A stretch of DNA of 64,000 bases from Takakia lepidozioides (Eukaryota; Plantae; Bryophyta): assembly GCA_030704615.1 (NCBI GenBank), contig CM060734.1, positions 33,914,001-33,978,000 on the forward strand, in the 5' to 3' direction. How positions within the stretch are numbered: the stretch's first letter is position 1; every line of letters begins with the position of its first letter. Below, in pieces: positions 1 through 9,095 of the stretch. Below the pieces are notes generated by a model that saw only the letters and a program-made list of their open reading frames with translations, made no database searches and was not told where the DNA came from. Both the position numbers and the translations under genes were made by a program.

Positions 1-438
1 GCAAGAAATGTAGAAAACCATGATGAGAAAGCAGTGTGCATGTTGTTTCAGCGAACCCCATGTGGACACCTAATTTGGAAGGAAGAGGGGGAAGGAAAGA
101 TGGGCGGACCGGCGGAACTCGAAGTTGTCACCTGTTACATCTGATACAGTATGAAAACCTAAATAAAGGGAACCTTCCAAATCCTCAAGTGCATCCAGAC
201 ATCTTTGTGGGCAAAATAGCCATCCTTGTCAAGTGCTAGCATGAAATCAATTGACGGGCTAGAAGCAACACTGTGGGAAGAATGAAAGAAAGAAACTTTA
301 CGACGTCCAGGGAAAGGTCAAAGAGCTTATGGGACAAAAGACAGCAGGATACAAGAAAGAATGTGGGGCCTTCAACAAGCAGGAAGGAAACTCTGTTTAT
401 CATCTAGTCCATCTCAGCGAGGCATTGCATGTACTCAC

Positions 439-1720
439 CCCTATCTGCATCCAGCTTCTCAAATTCATAATCCACCCAGACAGGTTCCTTGTAGCAATCC
501 GTCCACAGCTCCTCATTGGTACTCTTGTGCTGGAAATCCGATGCTCTAGGAAGCATCTGTGCCCGCCCTTAATCCCTGCCTCCTTCAGCTCTCCTTGTCT
601 CCACAAAACAAGGGCATAGATTCTCCCCCTCCCCAAAGTTGACAATGACAATTCAGAACTGACAAAGCAAACACCCCCACCCTACCTACCAAAAGCTTGC
701 AAGCGCTGGATATGGCATGACCAACTCCCACTCTACACTTAAAGACATCAGGGTCGGTCCTGGGGTTTGCACCCGGCAGGGTAAAAGGAAGGAGGCCCAA
801 AATTGCCATATTTGCAATCCGATTACAATCTCGACGCGCATCCATGCAGACATACAATCTAGCATGACTGCAATGATACCTTGATACATTGACCGTTGAT
901 TTCAGGCACTGCCAGTTTCACTTCACATTGAATTGCAAGGAGGGGTGGAATGTGGTCATTGGCCATTGCAACACGCCAACTTTACTAGGCAGGTTTTATT
1001 TCAGACCTCCGGGTTGTTTGAGGCAGGTCGGAATTTCCTCTCGAAGCTGCCTTGGTTTCAGAGCTTTGAGGTGTGTAAGGCAGTCCGGAATCTCCATGGC
1101 GCTAGCGCACAGCCCACCACAATCCATTGCCGCAAACTGGGTGTTGACTAATGTGCTGGCATGACACTCATACCGAGTAGCATCAACTTGATCCAGCGCT
1201 GCTCCACTAGCTTGCAACAACTGTGGCACATTTGAATGTGCGTGCACTGCCACTCACAAAGTGCGAATAGAATATTTAGGTGGCTTGATTTGAAGGCGAG
1301 AGTTCCGGTCCCAATCAAGTGACTTCAATATTGGGACCGAAGTGAGAGAGGGAAATCCTTGACAGTATCCTTAATTTTCGAGAAAGTTTTGCAAGGAATC
1401 TTGTCTGTAACATTGAAGGCGCTCACTTTATTGCCTCGATTGTCCCACCATTGGCAGAATATTCATTCCATGGCTGTCAGATAATTGGCCTTGGTGAGTT
1501 CCTTTCTCAAACGCTTTCCATAAACTTCGTCCTCTACTACTGGCCTCCGGCTGCCCGTCATTAGCTTTAGTGAAGAAAATCTCTATGCATTGCGGTGCAG
1601 GAAATGCAAAGGGGTCCCGTACAGAGGGAGTCCACGTTTTCTTGAGCTCCTGGGGCCGCTTGTGAGGGCACCTCCAAGATGCCGTGAGTTGGAATTTGCT
1701 CAAGCCTACTATGCAGAGAG
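439..1720 (-). pseudogene. PDF-motif (OSB/PTAC9-like) gene copy; tandem paralog of the 5' exons of the neighbouring PPR-DYW gene; probably disrupted
   Basis: Exon ending ...WWDNRGNK|GTGAGC (exon end 1427). Intron to CACAG|ATG at 556, then MLPRASDFQHKSTNEELWTDCYKEPVWVDYEFEKLDAD, with a possible GTGAGT donor after 439. Exon and intron DNA align with 5180-5800 and 6990-7240. A 10-nt deletion relative to the 7000 copy breaks the frame just before WWDNR. Confidence 0.7.
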
Positions 1721-1726
1721 TCTCCT

Positions 1727-1729
<3 letters not shown>

Positions 1730-1765
<36 letters not shown>
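1730..1765. repeat. (CT)n microsatellite
   Basis: Uninterrupted CT run upstream of the PDF paralog. Confidence 0.95.
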
Positions 1766-1767
<2 letters not shown>

Positions 1768-2374
1768 CCTCCAACATCACAAAATCGCAGTGCCAACAAA
1801 TTTCAGGCAGTGTGGAAAATGGAGAACACTAGGAATGAGGTAAGAACTTAATGCACACGTGCAACCTCGGTTTCCGGCATGACAACAGAAAATCGGTCTT
1901 TTCTTTCCTTTCTTTTGTCCCATAGGATCTTTGAGCATCCAGTGGACATTTCTGATATTCCTTCCTTTAATTTCTGCAAAATTCGGACCTAAACCCTCAC
2001 TAGAGCTCATGCATGCGCAATCAAGCTAAAATCTCCTCCAGCTCCTGTGGCACGGAGAAGGAATAGCTATCAACATGCATCAAGATAATGCTATTCCAGA
2101 ATAGTGCTGCCAAACTGTGGATCTCCAGAAGCTCACGATTCTTTCATGCCTTATCTAACACCCCTATGTAATGCGGGTTTTCATGACTTACACTGCTGCT
2201 GTTTGTATCAGAACTTGAAGATATCCCCAAAAGATTCAGCAAGATTGGGAGAGTCAAATAACTTTGGGATGACTAAGCAACATGCCACTATCACCATCAA
2301 ATGCCAATTGAGAGTGTAATACAAAGTGTCACATTCAACCACAGACTGGACTTGATTCATGCATTTTGGTTCCT

Positions 2375-5293
2375 TCACCAGTACTCCCCGCAAGAACAAA
2401 CTCCATCATGGAAGTGGTGAAAGCGGTTGGCATCCCGTACAATAATTGTTCGCCCAACAATCTTTGAGATGAACTTGGTTGCCATATGGCAGTCACCACA
2501 CACCCGAAGGTTCTTGATGAGACGGAGAGGCGTCCCGGGGGACGTGCTGATAAGCCCAAATGCAATGGCCAGCCTCTCACTGTGGTGGCAAAGAGAAGAT
2601 TCCTTTTGCTCCTCCTCCACATCATGCAATGCAAAGCGCGTGTCAGGCACATACCCTGCCTCCTTCATCTGCCCAGACAATCTTCTCAGCTCAGCATGGA
2701 TTTCCTTCCTTTTTGGATGCAATTTGTCATCTACAACGAAGGTGTGCACCTTGTTGCTGACCTCAATACAGCAGCGACCTGGCTCCTTCCTAACCCCTCT
2801 GACCTTCATCATTTTTCTTACCTTTGCAGTATCATTCCACCTGCCAGCTGCAGCATAGATGTTTGATAGCAACACGTAAGTCACGGCATCCTGTGGATCC
2901 CACTTGAGAAGACATTTTGCTGCACGTTCTGCCACCTCCACATTGCCATAAATTCGGCAGGCACCAAGCAAGGCTCCCCACACTGCACCATCTGGTCCAA
3001 TTGGCATTTTGTTGATTAAGTCCTCTGCCTCATTCAATTGCCCTGCACGGCCAAGAAGGTCCACCATGCAGCCAAAATGAGCCCCTGTAGGAGTGAAGCC
3101 ATGATCCTGACTAAGCGAATCAAAGTAGTGTCTGCCTTCATCCACTAGGCCCACATGGCTACATGAAGAGAGAGCACAAATGAAAGTAATACCATTTGGC
3201 TTGAGCCCTTCCTGTTTCATCTGTTCAAATAAATATAGAGCCTCCCTGCCACACCCATGCTGAGCATATCCTGCGATCATCGCATTCCATGAGACAACAT
3301 CTCGTTCCACCATATCGTTGAACACTCTACGTGCATCCTGTATGTTCCCACATTTGGCATACATATCGACAAGTGCAGTGTTCAAAATGATGTCTGGCTC
3401 AATTCCAGTTTTAATGATGTCAGCATGGATCTCCTTGCCCTTTTCCACGGCAGTCAGGGTGGCACATGCATTGACAACACATACAAAAGTGACCAGGTCA
3501 GGTGTCACCCCTTCCTGTATCATATACTTGTAGGTCTCCATAGCCTCTCTACCAAACCCATGCTGAGCATATCCTGTGATCATAGCATTCCATGAGGACA
3601 CATCTCGCACAGCCATATTGAGAAAGACTTGATGTGCATCCTTTATGTTCCCACACTTGGCATACATATCAATAAGGGTATTTTCTAGAATGATATCACG
3701 CTTAATTTCAACTTTGATGATGTCACCATGGATCTCTTTGCCCTTTTCTATGGCTGCCAGGCCGGCACAGGCATTGAGAACACAAACAAATGTGACCTGG
3801 TCGGGTTTGACCCCTTCTCGTTTCATGTACTCATATGTCTCCAAAGCCTGGCTACCCCACCCATGCTGAGCATATCCTGCAATCATTGCATTCCATGAGA
3901 TTACATCTCGTTCAGCCATATTGTCAAACACTTGTTGTGAATCCTTTATTTCTCCACATTTAGCATACATATTGACAAGGGCATTCTCCAGAATGATGTT
4001 AGGCTCAATTCCTGCTTGGACAATGTCAGCATGGACCTCTATGCCCTTTTCCAGAGCAGCCAGAATGGCACATGCATTTAGAACGCAGACAAAAGTGACA
4101 AGGTCGGGCCTCACCCCTTCCTGTATCATTTCCTCATAGGTCTTCAAAGCCTCCCTACCCAACCCACACTGAGCATATGCTGAGATCATAGTATTCCATG
4201 TGACCACATCTCGTCGAGTCATCTTGTGAAACACTTGATTTGCATCCTTTAGGCTGCCACATTTGGCATACATGTCAACAAGGGCCGTGTTGAGGATTAT
4301 ATTAGGCATAATTCTGGCTTTAATGATGGCAGCATGGACCTCTTTGCCCTTCTCCAGTGCTGCCAGGCTGGTGCATGCATTGAGAACGCAAACAAGCGTG
4401 ACTTGGTTGGGCCTCACCCCTTTCCGTACCATTTGCTCATACGTCTTCAAGGCCTGCATACCACAACCATGCTGCGCGTACCCTGCAATCATGACACTCC
4501 ATGAGACCACATCTTGCTGAGCCATATTGTCAAAAACTCGATTTGCATCCTCCATGCTTCCACATTTGGCATACATGGTGACAAGGGCAGTGTCCAAAAT
4601 GATATTAGGCACAATTCCAGCTTGTATGATATCTGCATGGACCTCTTTGCCCATATCCAGTGCTGCCAGGCTGGCACACGCCTTCAGAATGCACACGAAT
4701 GTCACCTGGTCTGGCGTCACTCGTTCCCGTATCATTTGCTCATAGATCTCCAAGACTACCCTGCTACACCCAAGCTTGGTATATCCTGCCATCATTACAT
4801 TGTATGTAAACGTATCTCGTTCTGGCATTTTGTCAAACACTAGGCGTGCATCCGCAACGCTCCCACACTTCGCATACATGTTGATGAGGGTATTGTCCAG
4901 AAATATGTTTGGCTTGAATCCACTGTGAATAATGTGGGCATGCACCTTCCTTCCCTCTGCTAGGCCATTCGTCTTGATGCACTCCTGCAAGAGACAGACA
5001 TAAGTGTTGAAGTCTGCCCAAATGCCTTCTTGGGTCAACGTATGCAATGCCTCTTTCAGTTGTCCTGCATTACATAGTGTCCTCACATCCCCACAAGTGC
5101 CAGAAGAGTTTTGGTGGATGCCCATTCTTGGTCCTCTTTTTAAGGCAATTGTCATGGTGGAGGTGCTTGATTCAAACAGCTGTGCTGCCGCTGCTTCCAG
5201 TTGTCCATCCACCCAGGCAGGTTTTTTGAAGCAGCAAATCCCTAGTGCCTCCTTGGTACTCTTGTGGTTGGAATCTGGTCCTCTAGAATGCAT
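2375..5293 (-). CDS. PLS-class pentatricopeptide repeat protein with E1, E2 and DYW (PG-type) cytidine deaminase domain; organellar C-to-U RNA editing factor, main exon
   Basis: Uninterrupted ORF with about 20 P/L/S motifs ending P2-L2-S2. E1 GAVWGALLGACRIYG, E2 TYVLLSNIYAAAGRW, PG box PGRCCIEV, HSERLA, CGDCH, terminal HHF..CSCGEYW. The exon most likely begins at the acceptor TGCAG|ATG (5293). Confidence 0.95.
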   Translation of the reverse strand: MHSRGPDSNHKSTKEALGICCFKKPAWVDGQLEAAAAQLFESSTSTMTIALKRGPRMGIHQNSSGTCGDVRTLCNAGQLKEALHTLTQEGIWADFNTYVCLLQECIKTNGLAEGRKVHAHIIHSGFKPNIFLDNTLINMYAKCGSVADARLVFDKMPERDTFTYNVMMAGYTKLGCSRVVLEIYEQMIRERVTPDQVTFVCILKACASLAALDMGKEVHADIIQAGIVPNIILDTALVTMYAKCGSMEDANRVFDNMAQQDVVSWSVMIAGYAQHGCGMQALKTYEQMVRKGVRPNQVTLVCVLNACTSLAALEKGKEVHAAIIKARIMPNIILNTALVDMYAKCGSLKDANQVFHKMTRRDVVTWNTMISAYAQCGLGREALKTYEEMIQEGVRPDLVTFVCVLNACAILAALEKGIEVHADIVQAGIEPNIILENALVNMYAKCGEIKDSQQVFDNMAERDVISWNAMIAGYAQHGWGSQALETYEYMKREGVKPDQVTFVCVLNACAGLAAIEKGKEIHGDIIKVEIKRDIILENTLIDMYAKCGNIKDAHQVFLNMAVRDVSSWNAMITGYAQHGFGREAMETYKYMIQEGVTPDLVTFVCVVNACATLTAVEKGKEIHADIIKTGIEPDIILNTALVDMYAKCGNIQDARRVFNDMVERDVVSWNAMIAGYAQHGCGREALYLFEQMKQEGLKPNGITFICALSSCSHVGLVDEGRHYFDSLSQDHGFTPTGAHFGCMVDLLGRAGQLNEAEDLINKMPIGPDGAVWGALLGACRIYGNVEVAERAAKCLLKWDPQDAVTYVLLSNIYAAAGRWNDTAKVRKMMKVRGVRKEPGRCCIEVSNKVHTFVVDDKLHPKRKEIHAELRRLSGQMKEAGYVPDTRFALHDVEEEQKESSLCHHSERLAIAFGLISTSPGTPLRLIKNLRVCGDCHMATKFISKIVGRTIIVRDANRFHHFHDGVCSCGEYW

Positions 5294-5899
5294 CTGCACC
5301 CAAATTCCATACATGCCTCCTTCAGCTATCCCTGCCATAGATTGTCCTCTGCAGCAAGCAGCTGACAATGACAACCCATGAATACATTGCAAAGAGACAA
5401 CCCCTACCTACCTAACACTGGCCTATACTGAATGAGTGGCAAGACTAAAGCGAAGGCCATGTGAGGGGGAAAGGGTGAGAAAGAGAAAATGCCCTTGCAA
5501 GCATTGGTTCCGGCACACCTTTGCAGAAGTAATTCAGACTGGGTTGGTCTTGGGTTTTAACCCACCAGGATAAAGAAAGTAGTAGGCCATCCTACTTTCC
5601 TCATAGTCGACAAAACAATCGGATTGCAGGGGCTTGACTGGTGAGTCAACAGCTGGCATGGCATTATTTTAGAAAGCACAATGTCCATTCCACAACAAGT
5701 ACATTAGCCCCCACTTTATGTATGAGACATGTGGATGTGGTTGCACTGTCAGTTTCAATTCACATACACGCCAAAGAGGGAGGAACGTATTCATGTGAAC
5801 AACAAGCTACCTCAAGGGCTTAGTCCCCGGGGAGGAACCCCAGATTGGGAGTTTCCTAACCTTCAGGGTATATGAGAAAGGCCGGAATGTGTGAGGGGC

Positions 5900-6620
5900 T
5901 CACTCCAGTAGTGGGCTTACCTTGATATAAGCAATTAGTTTGGGCTTTCACACAAGCATTAATCTGCTGTGTGTGAGCTGCCCAGCAATTAGACCCTAAA
6001 AGAGCCAGGGTTTTACACTCAGCCTCAAGATTTTGAAAGTTGGTGAACAGAGGTGCAAGGACTATGTTCTTAATGGTCCTGAAGAGGGTCACTCTCTCAT
6101 GAGATACCCCGCACATTGTATCAGAAAATGGATATTGTCTTCAGGACACGCACACATTGGGCATTGACAATGTCCCTTCCTCTCTGCATCTGTTTCTTTG
6201 TTCAAAGGAACCGCCCTGAATTGTTATTTCAGTCTAGTGCCAAGGGTAGATAAGCCCTTCAGATCATCCTTAGGGTCCTCACCCATGTTACAAACTGAAA
6301 ACAAGTTCAAGGACATTTTACGCCTAACTTCATTTAGTTCCAACATTCTTTATGCTTCTTAGACACTTCAGCCTCCAAGTCAGCTTCATCTAGCAGGGTC
6401 AATTCTTCCTGCCTAATATGCAGGTACTTGAAAATATCCTCTACCCTTTTGTGGCAGGACTTAGCCTGTTTAACAGCATGGTCTTGCTTCCAAGAAAAAT
6501 AGAGTCGATCATCCTAGGGTATCTGGTATTAGGAATGCCATATGATAAATGTGGAATGCCAAAAGCGCCTCACCCAAAAGTACAAAAGGAGAGAATGTAG
6601 TCTGTGACCATTCTCTGGCC
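5900..6620 (-). mobile_element. Degenerate LINE 3' fragment inside the PPR intron
   Basis: Decayed C-terminal QFRA..PLN / C-x2-C..H..C region. 5940-6200 is the reverse complement of 21280-21565. Confidence 0.6.
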
Positions 6621-6989
6621 CATTGCAAATACTTGGTTGCCTTCGGATAATCCCCTCTTAAAGCCAGTTGGGAATCTGAATTTAATTCAGACCATCCACT
6701 AGCTTGTAATAAAGGTGACAGATGTCGTCATCGCACTACCGGGCACATGTCGGCACGCTCCATAGGCCGCTTCAACAGATTGGCCGATCTTGGGATGGTC
6801 TCCGGTCATTCGAGGAGAGAAAGAAAGAATTGAAATAAAGTTCATAACGTCCTCAAAGCGACAAAGGAAAGCATAAATGAAGGAAACTGGGGAGCAGGCT
6901 GAGAGAGAAAGAGACCCTGCGCAGTATACTTGTGAGAAATGTTTTCAAAGCATCTTGTTGTGTGCTTGTGCTGTGTCATAAACATTCAC

Positions 6990-7287
6990 CTTCTTGCCTC
7001 GATTGTCACACCATTGCCTGGGGTCAGCAAAATATTCGTTCCAAAAATTCTCCATGCCTGTATTTTGGCTATTTCGATATGCTCGTTTGTGGCCTCCTTC
7101 TCCATCTCGCTCTCCATAGACTTCCACCTACTCGTCTCCCCTCCCCCTCAATCGTCTTGAAACTGAAGTTCCCAACAAAGGGCCAGGCTCGCATGCAGGG
7201 TAGCCTCGCGGAGATTTGTGAGGGCACCCCGAGATGAACGGAGAACATTTGGAGACACGGGCTGCATGCTCCTGTATGCGCTACCAT
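6990..7287 (-). CDS. Putative exon 1 of the PPR-DYW gene: transit-peptide-like segment plus first half of a PDF motif (apparent +1 frameshift near 7107)
   Basis: MVAHTGACSPCLQMFSVHLGVPSQISARLPCMRAW...GGSLWRA, then in the shifted frame ...GMENFWNEYFADPRQWCDNRGKK|GTGAAT. The phase-0 intron 6989-5294 joins in frame to MHSRGPDSNHKSTKEALGI. Confidence 0.7.
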
Positions 7288-9095
7288 AGCTGCTCCTCCA
7301 ACCCTTCAAACAAAACCCAAATCATGGACAAGAAGCAAATGAGGCAGGGGATCTCCGTCTGCTCATCAGTACACCCACCAACTGCGATGCCCTTATTAGC
7401 CACAAATTCCTGTCATGTAATCCCCATAGACCCTCTATCCCCTGCAGTGCCCCACACTGGAACTCCGCTACGGTACGTGCGTGAACAACGTCCACTTTGC
7501 ACTTCTCACCTTGGTAATATGAAAAACCGCGTTTTGCATCGGTGTTGGAAGGGTATGGTGTTTACCCTCACTAATTGGCTGAAGTATACAGCAGAGAGAC
7601 GCCATTCTAGGAAACACTAAGGCTGAGTCCCCATTGTATTGGTAGAACGAGGTATTCGGGCACTCGAATTGTTCATTTATTGTTCTTGTCGCACATTGAC
7701 TGCTGATAGAGTACTTAATAGAATTGTAATGTAATCAATCATTTCACAACCAATTCGTAATTATAACAAGGCAGGGGTAGCGTGTACGAATTCCATGCAT
7801 TTGTTTCACTTGTAATTTCGTGATGAAGGCAGGCATCTCTGCAACATGAGTGCAATAAGCAACGACAATATGATGTTCTATATAATAGCTGAATGTTCTT
7901 CGAATATTCTTTGAAAAAACAGAAGTCTTGGCACTGGGACGTCAAGAAGCATGGAGCGCAGCCAAGTGTGTGTGGGATTGCAAAGAAACAGAGAGGCTGC
8001 TTTGGCCTGCCGATTCTCCTTGTGAAATTGTATGAACAAAGCTTGGTGGGTATGTTCCAAGCTGTGGCCATGGCTGCTCAGCTGCACTCGGGAGTTTTCA
8101 GTTCACCAAGGTTGAGACCTGCGCGAGCAAAGGAGGTGCTTTGGATTGAAGTTTGTGAGAACTTCCTTGGTTGAGGCCGAGATGGCTCCGTCGAGGGAAA
8201 TTTGGTGATGGTTCTTTGTGGTGGTGAAGCCCCGGGTCGACAATGCAGCGGGCATTTCGTGTGGAATACTATGAAACAGATAGAATTGGTAGAGTTTGAT
8301 GTCAAAGGCAGTAACTTTGTCCGAGGAAGAGATCTTTCTTTGGAATATAGGAGCTTTGCGATTTATCTTTTGAGATTGGATACAAAATTATGCAACTACG
8401 AGTCTTGAAACCTCCATTGGAGGATGGTGGAGCCCAGCTCCATATGGGTCTCAAGACGGGAGATCAGACTCCGGGCGGATGGCAGGTTATGGTGGCAGGA
8501 CAGAGCTTCTCAACAAGCTGTGGAGGAATGTGAGTACCACGCACAATCAGCCTGGCTTGCACAAGCTCCTTCAGTATCTTCTGCCTCATCTGTATGTTTG
8601 TTATGTCTGTATGTTTCTGCAATACACAGATGTGTTATTGGGTGTCCTCTATATGCTTTGCAGGCTTTCCTGGCTCCTACTTTCTGCAGTATAGGCCACT
8701 TTATCGTTCCAAGAAGTATCAATATTATTAACTTGTTTTCGGGCTCCTGACAAGCAACGACTGCTGTCCGTCTTTTCATCACTTCTCTGTCCTTTTGTTT
8801 CCGTGATGGGGAAGCAAATGTAGCCTGATTCAATAGTAACATGTATTATGTGCCTTTGAAGAGGGCTGGTCTTACGTTGCAGTCAAGCAGTGAACATCTG
8901 AGCTAACATTTGATGGCCTTAGGACTGCTTGACCCTGGTTGTTTGCCTTTCTTGAAGACCACTCCTGAATAGCTCATTCTCAAGTTCTGATTGAATGCTA
9001 CAATCCAGGGGAATGGCCACAAGAAAGTGAGAAGCAAGCTAAAGTGAAGAAAGTGCAGAGGTGAGAACAACTTGGGACAAACGACAGGTTTGAGG

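Noticed and set aside
2375-2790. U-to-C (DYW:KP) editing factor
   Set aside because: It has a PG box, HSE and a xYW end, which are typical of C-to-U DYW:PG domains.
2427-5381. Many plus-strand ORFs over the PPR gene (and over 58800-60750)
   Set aside because: These are antisense shadows of the repetitive PPR coding sequence.
5294-5392. N-terminal 33 codons of the 1005-aa ORF as the true PPR start
   Set aside because: It begins at a non-ATG codon and lies in the inferred intron. The paralogous DNA at 560-650 has a stop in this frame.
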